From assembly GCA_040217195.1 (NCBI GenBank), contig JAVJNR010000008.1, positions 224,001-288,000 on the forward strand: DNA of 64,000 bases. The letters run 5' to 3'. Made by a program: the position numbers and the translations under genes. Below the pieces are notes generated by a model. It saw nothing but the letters and a program-made list of their open reading frames with translations, was not told the origin of the DNA and ran no database searches. Positions 29,877-40,190 of this stretch are shown in pieces. Source of the stretch: Leptospiraceae bacterium. Its GTDB lineage: Bacteria; Spirochaetota; Leptospiria; Leptospirales; Leptonemataceae. Position 1 is the stretch's first letter; each line of letters opens with the position of its first letter.

Positions 29877-31660
29877 ACCGGTAGTCCCTCTCTGCGAAGT
29901 ATTGTCAAAGCGGTTGTGCCTTCCACAGAACCTGGATGTAATTTGAAGTCGAATTGAAGTCCTTCTCCAGGACTCTCTCTGAAGTGAAATAGTTGAACCT
30001 TCTGGCCGTAATTCTCTTTCAATGATGTTAATTCCATATCGTGGGTGGTAAGCAGCCCGGAGGAGCCCGAGTCTATGAGATGGGATAGAATTTTCTTACA
30101 TGCAAAGCTACGATCTGTTTGATTGGTTCCTTTGAGCATTTCATCCAGAAAGTAAAAAACCGGGGAGGGATGATCCACAAGTCGCTTCAAGGACCGAACC
30201 TCGGCATAGAAGAGAGATTCCGAACGGGCCAGATTATCCTGAATCTGCATGGATGTAACCATGGGTGTGGGACAGAACTTGAACTGCCGGGCTCGAACAG
30301 CGCCTCCCATTTGTGCCAATACCAGGTTCATACCCAGAGTCCTCAAGAAGGTGGATTTCCCACCCATGTTGGATCCAGTAACAATCCATAGTCTATGCTC
30401 TTTTCTAAAATCCAGGTCGTTGCCTACAGATTCTTCTGCTGGAATCAAAGGGTGATGTAATTGAAGTGCAAACACCTCAGGTTCATTCCCTGAAACGATT
30501 TCAGGTCTGCACATGGGCTCCAGGAATCGGCTGTGGCCGGCCAAAGACAGCATAGCATCCATAGCAGCAAAATCCTGCAACCAGCCTCTGATCTTAGCTT
30601 CATTCTTTTTCAGGAAACCACCCATGGACCAATCGGCCAGGACTGGTCCGGAGAAGAGTAAACCACCCAGTGCAAAGGCCAGGGGATTGCGAAATAGTGA
30701 ATAAAAGCTATCCTGAACGATGGCTCCACGCAATTCCTGCCGCAGGTTCTTTGTAAGCTCCTGCTCCCTGTGTAGATGGCTGTCATGAAAACGAAATCCC
30801 TGCAGGCAGCGCAGAAACGGAAGAGTTTGATCCAGCGAAGATAGAAGTTCATCGAATCTCTGTCTGGCTTCCTTATTGCGATAAAACAATAGATAGATAC
30901 CGAATAAAAGCCATTGTAAAGGAAAACTGAGAAAATGGTAGGCTTTGGTGCCCAGAATCTCATGCGAAAAGAATGCCCCCAGGGAAATCAAAGCGAGGGT
31001 GCCTGCAACAGCAGCAAGCCAGGCCGGAACCGTTCGGAATGCATGTTTCGTTTCCTTCTCCAAGGATCTGTCATCCCTTTCTGAGGATTGCTTTACTGGC
31101 TGGGCTCGATTCTGGCCGTACCATCGACCCTGCAGTACTTTCAGACGGCGCAGGGAAAAGATTCGGTTCTGTCGATCCTGAATCGTGCTGGCATCCGGTT
31201 GCTTAAGTGCATCTCTCATCCAGGCGTATAATGTATCTTCTCCGGCCGGCAGCCTGGTTTCTAGATAGCTTAGAAGAGAATAGGAGCCGGTTAGCAACAG
31301 ATCCTTTTCGATCTGCAACTCTTCTATGTCTTTTGAATCGGCTCTTTGAGATTCCGCACCCTTATGAAGAAACCAGGCATTGCTGCTCCGATCCTGCTGC
31401 CCCCTGTAGTATTCAAGTCGGTTGATGCAGGAATTCTCCTTCCGGCGGATGCCAGAATACCACCGAACCAGAAATCCAAAGACAAGCCAGCCAGGGAGCG
31501 ATGGCAATAAATGGACTTCGCCCGGTGACCAGGCAAAAATGATGGCAAGGGTTAGAAAAAAGGTGGCCGCTCTTAGCAGCGAAATCAGGCGAAGCCTTCT
31601 CTGGATTTTTTTTTGATAGTCCGTCAACCGACGGATCGCTTTCTGGATGCACACAGACAC
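29873..31660 (-). CDS. membrane-anchored MutS domain V ATPase (MutS-related, not a mismatch-repair MutS)
   Basis: TM segments followed by TGSNMGGKSTFLR, SLFYAEV, LDEMLKGTN and TTHD. Confidence 0.88.
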   Translation of the reverse strand: MSVCIQKAIRRLTDYQKKIQRRLRLISLLRAATFFLTLAIIFAWSPGEVHLLPSLPGWLVFGFLVRWYSGIRRKENSCINRLEYYRGQQDRSSNAWFLHKGAESQRADSKDIEELQIEKDLLLTGSYSLLSYLETRLPAGEDTLYAWMRDALKQPDASTIQDRQNRIFSLRRLKVLQGRWYGQNRAQPVKQSSERDDRSLEKETKHAFRTVPAWLAAVAGTLALISLGAFFSHEILGTKAYHFLSFPLQWLLFGIYLLFYRNKEARQRFDELLSSLDQTLPFLRCLQGFRFHDSHLHREQELTKNLRQELRGAIVQDSFYSLFRNPLAFALGGLLFSGPVLADWSMGGFLKKNEAKIRGWLQDFAAMDAMLSLAGHSRFLEPMCRPEIVSGNEPEVFALQLHHPLIPAEESVGNDLDFRKEHRLWIVTGSNMGGKSTFLRTLGMNLVLAQMGGAVRARQFKFCPTPMVTSMQIQDNLARSESLFYAEVRSLKRLVDHPSPVFYFLDEMLKGTNQTDRSFACKKILSHLIDSGSSGLLTTHDMELTSLKENYGQKVQLFHFRESPGEGLQFDFKLHPGSVEGTTALTILRREGLPV

Positions 31661-31704
31661 GTCACCAGAGAGCGTTGCACATCTCTGTAGTCCATCGAAA
31701 ACAA

Positions 31705-32700
31705 ATGCTCATCCAGGTAGAACATCTCAATAAATCCTTTGTATCCAGAAAACGGAAGGCAGGCCTGCTGGGTTCCGTGGCAAGCCTCTTCTCCGCCAAA
31801 AAGGAGTTTATCCACGCAGTAAAGGATATCAATTTCAATATTGGTCGGGGAGAGCTGGTAGGCTATTTAGGGCCCAATGGTGCCGGTAAGTCTACGACCA
31901 TTAAAATGCTCACCGGCATACTCAGACCTTCCAGCGGATTAATTCGCATCGACGGTCTGAATCCAGAGAAGAGTCGCAAGGAAATTGCCAGAAAACTTGG
32001 AGTTGTTTTTGGCCAGAAAACCCAGCTCTGGTGGGATCTTCCTGTGGGCGAAAGTTACGATTTACTTCGAACTATATATAGAATCCCGCAAAAAAGATAT
32101 AAGCAGCGACTGGACTACTTTGTGGATCTGCTCAAGATGGAGGAGTTTCTGGGGCAACAGACAAGAAAACTCTCTCTGGGTCAGCGCATGCGGGCCGATC
32201 TGGCAGCCTCTTTGCTGCATGATCCTCCTATTCTATTTCTGGATGAGCCGACCATCGGTCTGGACATCATCACCAAGGATGTGGTTCGCAAAACCATCAA
32301 ACAGCTGAATCAGGAACAGAAGATTACCGTTGTTCTGACCACCCATGACATGGAAGATATTGAGTATCTGGCCAGCCGGCTCATTCTGCTGGATCGGGGA
32401 CAGGTTCAGTACGATGGACAGCTGAAGGATTTCATTTCAAATTATCAAAAAGAGAAGGTGGTCAGCCTTCATCTAGAGCAAGAAACAGATGCCAGCTTTC
32501 TTCTGGAACGAGGCTTTGATTTGATGACCGAACCCAGAGGACAATTCCTGGAGGTACGATTGAAGGTTGATGAAAGCGTAAGCAAATTGATTGCAACCCT
32601 GACAGAACATGGGGCCAGGATTCAGGAAATCACGGTGGGCAAGCAGGATCTCACGGAAACTTTAAAGAAAATCTACGCTGGCAAGAACCTGGAGCTTTAA
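31705..32700 (+). CDS. ABC transporter ATP-binding protein (ABC-2/DrrA-like)
   Basis: GPNGAGKST, LSLGQRMR, LFLDEPTIGLD and TTHDM; ATG at 31705 preferred. Confidence 0.95.
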   Translation: MLIQVEHLNKSFVSRKRKAGLLGSVASLFSAKKEFIHAVKDINFNIGRGELVGYLGPNGAGKSTTIKMLTGILRPSSGLIRIDGLNPEKSRKEIARKLGVVFGQKTQLWWDLPVGESYDLLRTIYRIPQKRYKQRLDYFVDLLKMEEFLGQQTRKLSLGQRMRADLAASLLHDPPILFLDEPTIGLDIITKDVVRKTIKQLNQEQKITVVLTTHDMEDIEYLASRLILLDRGQVQYDGQLKDFISNYQKEKVVSLHLEQETDASFLLERGFDLMTEPRGQFLEVRLKVDESVSKLIATLTEHGARIQEITVGKQDLTETLKKIYAGKNLEL

Positions 32701-32701
32701 T

Positions 32702-33484
32702 ATGGCCTATTTGAAGTTCGTATCCATGTCCTTTCAGAGGTCCCTGGCGTACCGTTTTGAATACTATACAGCACTTCTGAATGCATTTCTATACATCTTC
32801 ATTTTCACCAGTGTATGGAAAGCGCTCATCCCTGAAGGGGAAACTGCAAACGGCCTGACCCGGGAAAACATGATAGCCTATGCTGTGTTATCTACTTTGA
32901 TCAAATCCAGCTTTGGAAGAAATGATTCTCTGCTTTCACAAAAGGTGAAAAGCGGTGAGATTGCTGTGGATCTGATGAAGCCTTTTTCTTTTCCTTTAAT
33001 GTACCTTTCAGATACATTCGGATCCTCTCTGTTTCAGCTATTTGCCCGCTCATTTCCTTTGCTTTTATTTTGCATCTTCCTGTTTGGAATCAGCATTCCG
33101 GTGGATACAGGACTGCTAATTCAATTTCTGCCAGTCTACTTGATGGCCTTTTTGCTTTTCTTTTTGATGTCCTTTTTGATTAGTTCGTTTTCTTTTTTCT
33201 TCGTAGAGATTTTCCCTTTCTGGATTTTCTATTATGCTATGATTACTCTTTGCTCCGGGGCCATCATTCCTCTGGATTTTTTTCCTGAATGGCTGGTGGA
33301 AATACTTCTGAGTACTCCATTTCCGTATCTGTTCTATTTTCCCACAATGTTGCTTCTGGATCGATTGAGCATGCCCTATGAAATATTACTCTTACGATAC
33401 GTTATTCTTCTGCTTTCAGTGGGAGGGCTATGCTGGCTCAGCTATCATGGTGGATTGCGAAAGCTCAGTATTGCCGGAGGCTGA
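32702..33484 (+). CDS. ABC-2 type exporter permease
   Basis: About 6 TM helices; SGEIAVDLMKP and SGAIIPLDFFP. Confidence 0.88.
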   Translation: MAYLKFVSMSFQRSLAYRFEYYTALLNAFLYIFIFTSVWKALIPEGETANGLTRENMIAYAVLSTLIKSSFGRNDSLLSQKVKSGEIAVDLMKPFSFPLMYLSDTFGSSLFQLFARSFPLLLFCIFLFGISIPVDTGLLIQFLPVYLMAFLLFFLMSFLISSFSFFFVEIFPFWIFYYAMITLCSGAIIPLDFFPEWLVEILLSTPFPYLFYFPTMLLLDRLSMPYEILLLRYVILLLSVGGLCWLSYHGGLRKLSIAGG

Positions 33485-33508
33485 CTCTGGCAATAAGGGA
33501 ATCATCCA

Positions 33509-34354
33509 ATGAGCGATGTAGTAGAAATCAAAGATAATGAAGCCAGCGAAACCTGGTCGGACTTTCGGTCCTATATGGCCATACTTCGTGCTGCGGTTCA
33601 AAGCAAGATGGAGTATCGGGGCAGCTTTGTAGCCTATATCTTTACTTTAATCGGATTCTACGGAGCTCAGGTTAGCGTAATAGCCTTGATGCTCAATCGA
33701 TTCAAGCAAATGGGTGGCTGGCAACCTGGTGAGGTGGCATTCCTTTATTCAATGCTACTACTATGTAACGGAGTCGTAAGCGCTGTATTCTCCGGTATGA
33801 CGGAATTCTCGGAACTGGTTCGGGAGGGTACCTTTGATCGTGTTATGCTTCGCCCACTTTCGGAGCTCGGTCAAATCCTGGCGATGAAATTTGAACCAGG
33901 AGGAGTGGCGCATTTAATACTGGGCCTGGCGGCTCTGGTAGTGGCAGACAGCATGATTCAGCTGGACTGGGATCTGTTCAAAGTGGCCTTCCTCACGGGA
34001 AGCATTCTTGGCGGAGTGTTTATACTGGCCGGGATTCGCATCATCATCGCTGCTGTATCATTCTTTGCTATTAAGAATCAAGGGCTTCAACACCTGCTTG
34101 TATTTTCTGCAAGAGAATTCTTAATGTATCCAGTTCACATCTACAGCTTTCCGGTGCGGGTTTTGCTGACTTTCATGTTTCCCATCGCATTTGTTAATTT
34201 CTACCCGGCGCATTTCTTTCTGGATCGTACGGGGCAGACGCTTTTTCATCCGTATCTTGCCTATATGAGTCTTCCCATTGGCATACTGGTTCTGGTTCTA
34301 TCCCTGGCTTTCTGGCGTTTCGGTGTGAATCGATACTCCAGCACCGGAAGCTAG
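33509..34354 (+). CDS. ABC-2 type exporter permease
   Basis: EYRGSF, GGW, GTFDRVMLRP, YPVHIY and C-terminal RYSSTGS. Confidence 0.88.
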   Translation: MSDVVEIKDNEASETWSDFRSYMAILRAAVQSKMEYRGSFVAYIFTLIGFYGAQVSVIALMLNRFKQMGGWQPGEVAFLYSMLLLCNGVVSAVFSGMTEFSELVREGTFDRVMLRPLSELGQILAMKFEPGGVAHLILGLAALVVADSMIQLDWDLFKVAFLTGSILGGVFILAGIRIIIAAVSFFAIKNQGLQHLLVFSAREFLMYPVHIYSFPVRVLLTFMFPIAFVNFYPAHFFLDRTGQTLFHPYLAYMSLPIGILVLVLSLAFWRFGVNRYSSTGS

Positions 34355-34509
34355 GTCTGGCACCAGGCGGTCTTATGGCCGATGAACGGAAGCTATCGCG
34401 TCTTTGAAGTCAATGAATGAGATTCCAGATATGCGAACTGTTTTTGTATGGCCGTTCTTGCCTGAATACAACCGCACTATCATAGGAGCCAGGCGGCTCC
34501 AGATGCTCT

Positions 34510-35937
34510 ATGAGTGAATCTGTCCAAATAGCACTGGAATCGAAACCGAATGAGGCCCGGAAAATCCTGTCCTGTCTGGGAGACTGGTATACGAAACACC
34601 ATCGAAAGTTACCATTTAGAACCAATGTGCACTGGTACAGGACTCTGGTTTCCGAGGTCATGCTTCAGCAAACCAGGGTTCAGGCCATGCTACCAGCCTA
34701 TCAGACTTTCATGGAGCGTTTTCCGGATGTGCATAGCCTTGCAAGGGCTTCGCAATCCGATGTACTGGAGCACTGGGCCGGTCTGGGCTACTACAGTCGG
34801 GCCAGAAATCTACACAGCTGCGCCAGGCAAATTGTGCAAAATCATGGAGCCTCCTTTCCAGCCGATGCAAAGCAAGCCCTGGCCCTTCCCGGGATTGGCC
34901 CCTACACAGCTGCAGCAGTGAGAAGCATAGCCCTGGAAATTCCAGACCCGGTAATCGACGGAAATGTAATTCGCGTACTCAGCCGGATATTCTTAAAGCA
35001 TTCTCAAGATCATCACTGTGTGTCATTGGATTCCAGAGAGGATTCTAAATCGGATAGCTTCCGAATTGTCGAAAAAGACTATGTTCGAGCGGCCAATTCC
35101 ATGGCCAGTTCTCTGATGGAATGCAGTCCGCTCAGGCCTTCAGTGCATAACCAGGCGATTATGGAACTGGGAGCTTTGATATGTACTCCTGGTTTGCCTT
35201 CCTGCATGCAATGTCCTGTGAAACATAGCTGCTCCAGTTTTCAGGCCGGTGGAGCTGCCCTGGCATCTACTGTTCCGCCTCTAAAGAAAGTTCCCAGGCA
35301 GGATCTATTTCTGGAAGTATACTGGATTTCGATCAATGAACAGGCAATGCTGATCAAAAACGGATCCAGACCTCTTTTCCGCAATGACTGGTTTCTTCCC
35401 TGTCGAATCCGAAGTAACGACGGTTTGATATACTCGGATTTTATAGAGCAGAAGCTTTCTTCTTTTCTCGGCGGTATTGGATCGAAGCAAAAGAAAGCTA
35501 ACGAATCGGCAAACCTGGAGCTACGCAAATTCAAACATTCCATTATGAATTACAGAATTCAAGGAGAGTTACTTTCCATCGCTCTGTCCTTCAAACAGGC
35601 AAAGCTACTTCTGAAGGAATGGTCCGAAAAAGAACGTTTGATCCAGAATGAAAATTCCTCCGCAACCCGCTCCAGGTCTGTGGCCGAAGCCAGGCCTGAA
35701 TATGCCAGGCAGAGAGGCAAAGCGAAGAAGTCCTCTGCCGCGCTACTTCAGTCCAACTCCGTAACCACCAGGAACTCTAAAAAGAAATATGAACCGGTTT
35801 CGCAGAAAGATGAGATAGATACCTTGAACGCATCGCAAATTAAACAATACGTCATGGTGGAGCCCAGAGAAGTGCCCAGGTTCTGTCCATCTTCAATTAT
35901 CAAGAAAGCAATTCCAGGAATTTTCGAGGATTCCTGA
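34510..35937 (+). CDS. mutY: A/G-specific adenine glycosylase
   Basis: VSEVMLQQT, WAGLGYYSRARNL, HhH LPGIGPYTA, DGNVIRV and CX6CX2CX5C Fe-S motif; C-terminal half divergent. Confidence 0.88.
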   Translation: MSESVQIALESKPNEARKILSCLGDWYTKHHRKLPFRTNVHWYRTLVSEVMLQQTRVQAMLPAYQTFMERFPDVHSLARASQSDVLEHWAGLGYYSRARNLHSCARQIVQNHGASFPADAKQALALPGIGPYTAAAVRSIALEIPDPVIDGNVIRVLSRIFLKHSQDHHCVSLDSREDSKSDSFRIVEKDYVRAANSMASSLMECSPLRPSVHNQAIMELGALICTPGLPSCMQCPVKHSCSSFQAGGAALASTVPPLKKVPRQDLFLEVYWISINEQAMLIKNGSRPLFRNDWFLPCRIRSNDGLIYSDFIEQKLSSFLGGIGSKQKKANESANLELRKFKHSIMNYRIQGELLSIALSFKQAKLLLKEWSEKERLIQNENSSATRSRSVAEARPEYARQRGKAKKSSAALLQSNSVTTRNSKKKYEPVSQKDEIDTLNASQIKQYVMVEPREVPRFCPSSIIKKAIPGIFEDS

Positions 35938-37816
35938 GATAGCGAGCTTGCCGAATCCTTCGGGGATTATGCAGTAGGTACGAGATCTCCAGACCAAATA
36001 GAAGAATTTGAACTGTAGAAAGAAGTACGATCATCCCCAGAGGAATGGCCACGTAAACCCCATATAGAGCTGCCGTAGTGCTGGACTTACCTACGATTAT
36101 ACGAAAGGCCAGAAAGAAACCTACAATGCATAAAGCTGAAAAAAGCGATCCGCCAAAGGCAGCCCTCCAGCTCACATCTGCATTGGGAAGCGCTCTAAAG
36201 AGCAAGGCCAGTACCAACCAGACAAGGAGCAATGCCTGAGCGTAGAATAGAGTCTGCAAGAAGTAGGTCACGGTACGCGAATAACGGGACTGAGGCCCTC
36301 TATCAAAAATCGCCTTTTGACCCACCGGAGCCCCGCTCTCATTGTAGAGGGTTTCGGTACCCATAAATCTAAACTGCCCGGTATAGCGTCCACTTCCGGC
36401 AAGAAACAGATATCCTTCGGAACGAGCATGGCTCAGGATTTCTGTATCCTCTAACTGCAGATCCGATGGAATCCAGGTTCTACCACCATCGGTGCTGATT
36501 CGCACCATCCCATCCGCTCCATAAAGAAAAGCCGGTCCACTGGTTCCCAGCATCAGGCCTCCCTGGCCAGCAGATCCGCTTTCAAAAAGAGGCGGATAGA
36601 TTCTCTGACCTTCGACAGTATCCAGCCATAACATTCCGGAGCGCGACATGAATACCAGATCGCCCCGCGCATTCTTATGAATGGACTGAATCAATTCATT
36701 TCTATTTCCAAAACTGGCATTGATGGGCAGGCTCCAGCTAAAGCCCTGATCTCTGGACACTCTATATTTCCCGTTTCCGCCGGCGTAGATTCCGTCCGGT
36801 AATACGTTCAAAGAACGATAAGCGCTTTCCAGGGGATTCATATCTATGATGGACAGATCTCTTCTGGACAGTACCAGTAAGGTGGATTGAAGTCCATCGC
36901 CTGTTAGCAAGACAACACGATCCGGTAGCAGTACCACATCTTCAATCAATGCATTTCGTAGCGCAGATTCAGTCTTTACAAGATATCTGCGAAAATCCCA
37001 GGTTATACCCCCGTCTTCGGAGTAGATGAGCAGACCGGACTCTGTGCTTACCAGGAAATAATCTCCATCGATTCTGAGATTCCTGAATTCTTGAATCTCG
37101 GTCAGAGTAGGTCGGTCCAGGGGAGTCAAACTGCTATCCGGACTGATTTTATTTATGATCCGGTTGGATCCTGGATCGTAGATGCGTTCCCGGAAAGGAG
37201 CATCCAGATTCAAGGCATCCATGACCTTTCGCTCCTGTTTTCCATCGATGGAATGTTCCTGGAGTACTCCGGTGGATTCTAAATAATAAAGGTTACCATT
37301 TGTAAAATCCAGGTCTACGTAGGCAGGGGGCGAAAGGGCGGCCACCGTTTGACGATACAGCCCGCTACCGCCAAAGATCAAAGCAGGCAGAATTACAAAA
37401 GAAGCTATATAAATGGCAAAGCGAAATAGAATGGGCCGATCAGGAGCTCGAAATACATGGTTACAGGCATCTTCCAGGTGACGGATCAGATTGTTGGCAG
37501 AATAGAGAACGAACAATGTTCCGACACCTGCAATGGCATTGGCTCTGGCCAGGATCTCATCCAGCATTACCAGTAATCGAACCGACTCTGTGATTCCGTA
37601 CGCTGCCAGCAATCTTGCTATCTGGATTTGCAGGCTGGCTCGATCGATGGATGCAAATTTAACCAGCATGGCCAGAGCCGGTATCAATGCAAGTACCGCT
37701 GCATAGGCCACTGCATTGGCCCGTACCACAAGGCCATCGCGTAAAAACCTTTGAAAGGAGCTTTCCAGCAAATCAAGCAGGGCCAGAAATAAGGAGCCTA
37801 CTTTTCTCAAGGGCAT
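35900..37816 (-). CDS. YihY/BrkB family membrane protein with inserted Asp-box (BNR) beta-propeller
   Basis: N-terminal RANAVAY..LALIP and C-terminal LPNADVSWRAA.GG...LYG...ILLFGLEI YihY motifs; central SEDGGITW, SRDQGFSW and STDGGRTW Asp boxes. Confidence 0.8.
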   Translation of the reverse strand: MPLRKVGSLFLALLDLLESSFQRFLRDGLVVRANAVAYAAVLALIPALAMLVKFASIDRASLQIQIARLLAAYGITESVRLLVMLDEILARANAIAGVGTLFVLYSANNLIRHLEDACNHVFRAPDRPILFRFAIYIASFVILPALIFGGSGLYRQTVAALSPPAYVDLDFTNGNLYYLESTGVLQEHSIDGKQERKVMDALNLDAPFRERIYDPGSNRIINKISPDSSLTPLDRPTLTEIQEFRNLRIDGDYFLVSTESGLLIYSEDGGITWDFRRYLVKTESALRNALIEDVVLLPDRVVLLTGDGLQSTLLVLSRRDLSIIDMNPLESAYRSLNVLPDGIYAGGNGKYRVSRDQGFSWSLPINASFGNRNELIQSIHKNARGDLVFMSRSGMLWLDTVEGQRIYPPLFESGSAGQGGLMLGTSGPAFLYGADGMVRISTDGGRTWIPSDLQLEDTEILSHARSEGYLFLAGSGRYTGQFRFMGTETLYNESGAPVGQKAIFDRGPQSRYSRTVTYFLQTLFYAQALLLVWLVLALLFRALPNADVSWRAAFGGSLFSALCIVGFFLAFRIIVGKSSTTAALYGVYVAIPLGMIVLLSTVQILLFGLEISYLLHNPRRIRQARYLRNPRKFLELLS

Positions 37817-38553
37817 GTGTGATCGCCTGCCTCTGAGTGTGCAAAATAGTTTCGATGGCCCACTTGAATACTGCGGATGCAGAGTTCTGCACCGCCGGGA
37901 GCATTTCCATGGATCTGACCTCCTACTGGCATGGAGAAAATCAAACGAACCCAGACATTATAGAATCCATCCGGAAACCCGGCAGATTCAGCGAATGGTT
38001 CCAGATCCAGAGGAAATCTCTGGGAGCTCCGGTTGTTCAGATTAAACTCAAATGTACTCCAGAGTTCCGGCGCATCAGGTATTCTGTACTGACGGTCCAC
38101 ATCATAGAGCTTTTGACGGAACAGCTGTACCCGCACTCGTGCAGGCTGAACCGAATGTTCTGAATTGCAGAAAACAATATTGATAAAGGAAAAATCCTGG
38201 GTTGTGGGCGGATGGCCTGCGCCGTGGCTTAAACCAAGCTCTCCAGACAGAGTCGGGTTTGCGTAATTCGGGATAGTGGAACGGTTCTCAGCCGGCAATG
38301 CAGTGGCCTGAAGATCTGCCTGGCTCAATGGCTCGCGAAAGCAACTGGAAGGATTATTATCAAATGCATTTTCTGGATCCAGACCTGGATATAGATCCTT
38401 CAGGATCAGACTGTACTGGCTGAAGGCCCGGGGATTTTCAAACGATTTCAGGTAGTTGTGATCTCCACCGGCGCTCATAGCCAGACGTACATGCACGAAC
38501 AGGAATCCCCCCATTGTGATGAACATAATGATTAATTTTTCCCTGCTGGACAA
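37807..38553 (-). CDS. hypothetical exported/membrane-anchored protein
   Basis: The ORF track start at 38802 overlaps the opposite-strand gene; TTG at 38553 (LSSREKLIIMFITMGGFLFV) gives a TM/signal N-terminus; overlaps the YihY start. Confidence 0.55.
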   Translation of the reverse strand: MSSREKLIIMFITMGGFLFVHVRLAMSAGGDHNYLKSFENPRAFSQYSLILKDLYPGLDPENAFDNNPSSCFREPLSQADLQATALPAENRSTIPNYANPTLSGELGLSHGAGHPPTTQDFSFINIVFCNSEHSVQPARVRVQLFRQKLYDVDRQYRIPDAPELWSTFEFNLNNRSSQRFPLDLEPFAESAGFPDGFYNVWVRLIFSMPVGGQIHGNAPGGAELCIRSIQVGHRNYFAHSEAGDHTCP

Positions 38554-38607
38554 CGCCTTACCTCTGCCAGAACTTGTCTGAGTCCGCGATAGCGGTTTGC
38601 AGGAAGA

Positions 38608-40113
38608 ATGCTTTCCGGGTCCACATCTATGCAATCCTTTTCCGTTCAGCAACAGGGGTATAGCCACCGATTGAGTTTTGCAGGCGGGGCCATCATGATT
38701 GTTGGTTCGGCCATGTCTATCAGTCTGGTGAGCCTGGGCGGCTTTCTGGCCGTCATCGGATGGATCTGGGAAGTGCTGGAACGACGAAGAGTTCAGCCTC
38801 AACTTTCCAATTCAGTCCAGGTTTCAGGATGGCAGATCCCGGCCCCTTTCTGGTGGGGATTCGGTCTATTCGCCTGGCTTGGACTATCCCTTCTGCTTCG
38901 TTCCCTGGCTGCCTGGGCCGATCTACTGGACAATTCATTGATGCCCTCCGGAGACTTCCAGGCATTTATATGGCATCTTCAGCAGGGCTGGAATAAAGAG
39001 TTTAAGGATGTATTTTTGATTCTGGCCGGACTCTGGACCTACACCCATAGCCGAGATGGCCGAAGTCGGCGCTGGTTACTGCGCTGCTTTTTCTGGGCCG
39101 GAATCATATTGCTTGTAGCTGGCTTCATTTCTGTATTCACAGAGTTCAGACTGGCCAAAATCCCTCAATATATTCAGAATGATTGGCAGGACTCGCCGGA
39201 TGCCAGACTGCAGCATCATGTGGGCAGCATTCCTCTGGCCGGCCGTGTAATTCATCTATTTATGCCCATCGGGCTTTTGAATACCCATCTGACCTATGCG
39301 GCTCTGGCCGGTGTATTTTTTCTATTTCTGGCCTTTTCTCTGGCCAGCCGTTATGTATTAAATCCTCTATCCAGTCTAAAAACGAAACCATTCTGGATAG
39401 GCGCTGGTGCCTTCCTGATACTCAGTCTGGTACTGTATCTAAATGGCGGCCGCAGCGCTTTGCTGGGAACGGTACTGTCCGCCGTTCTGGGATTATACTG
39501 GTTTACTCGCTCACGCTGGAAAAAGAAGGCCCGGGCTCTCTGGCTACCGGTGGGAGGAATTCTGGCTATTGGGGTACTGGGAACATTGAGCCTGGTAGTG
39601 CTGGATAGTAGTGAAGGGCGAATGAAAGAAATCGCCACAGCAAATACAGGCGAGGAAAAACATACAGACTATCAAAGGTTAATGGTCTGGGATGCGGCCG
39701 CAGAAATGGCTGTGCGATATCCGCTCACCGGCGTGGGCCCGGGCGGTTTTGAAGATTTTGTACGTCTCGATATTTTGCTTACAGGAAAGGCTCAGCCCTA
39801 TCTATATTATCCATACGCATTGATTCAAAGAGGCCATGCGCATAACGATCTACTGAATTTTGCGGCGATTGGTGGACTACCGGCCGCACTTCTATTTCTA
39901 TGTTTCTGGGGTTCAGTCATCCTTGCCATTCTGAATTCTGGAGGTCGGGCTCGTTTATGGCGCTTCGGACTTCTGATTGTATTCTTTGGTGGCTGGTTCC
40001 AGTGCTTCTTTCTGGACGATGAGGTTATGGTGCCTTTCTGGGCTCTTCTGGGACTGGTGCTTCCGGGAAAGAAAAGGATGACCACAGAGTCGGTAGGCAT
40101 GAAATCGGAATGA
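38608..40113 (+). CDS. O-antigen ligase family (Wzy_C) membrane protein
   Basis: Many TM helices; GGRSA, QRLMVW.AA, PLTGVGPGGF and HAHNDLL. Confidence 0.85.
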   Translation: MLSGSTSMQSFSVQQQGYSHRLSFAGGAIMIVGSAMSISLVSLGGFLAVIGWIWEVLERRRVQPQLSNSVQVSGWQIPAPFWWGFGLFAWLGLSLLLRSLAAWADLLDNSLMPSGDFQAFIWHLQQGWNKEFKDVFLILAGLWTYTHSRDGRSRRWLLRCFFWAGIILLVAGFISVFTEFRLAKIPQYIQNDWQDSPDARLQHHVGSIPLAGRVIHLFMPIGLLNTHLTYAALAGVFFLFLAFSLASRYVLNPLSSLKTKPFWIGAGAFLILSLVLYLNGGRSALLGTVLSAVLGLYWFTRSRWKKKARALWLPVGGILAIGVLGTLSLVVLDSSEGRMKEIATANTGEEKHTDYQRLMVWDAAAEMAVRYPLTGVGPGGFEDFVRLDILLTGKAQPYLYYPYALIQRGHAHNDLLNFAAIGGLPAALLFLCFWGSVILAILNSGGRARLWRFGLLIVFFGGWFQCFFLDDEVMVPFWALLGLVLPGKKRMTTESVGMKSE

Positions 40114-40190
40114 GACTGCCGGTCTCCAGTCTCCTGGATTGACTTCGGTTGCGACGCAGCCTGATCGAGACCCACAGATTTGAGGAATAT

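Noticed and set aside
31606..31614. 9-nt A/T homopolymer near the 5' end of the MutS-like gene
   Set aside because: The frame is intact and a run of this length is not enough to claim phase variation
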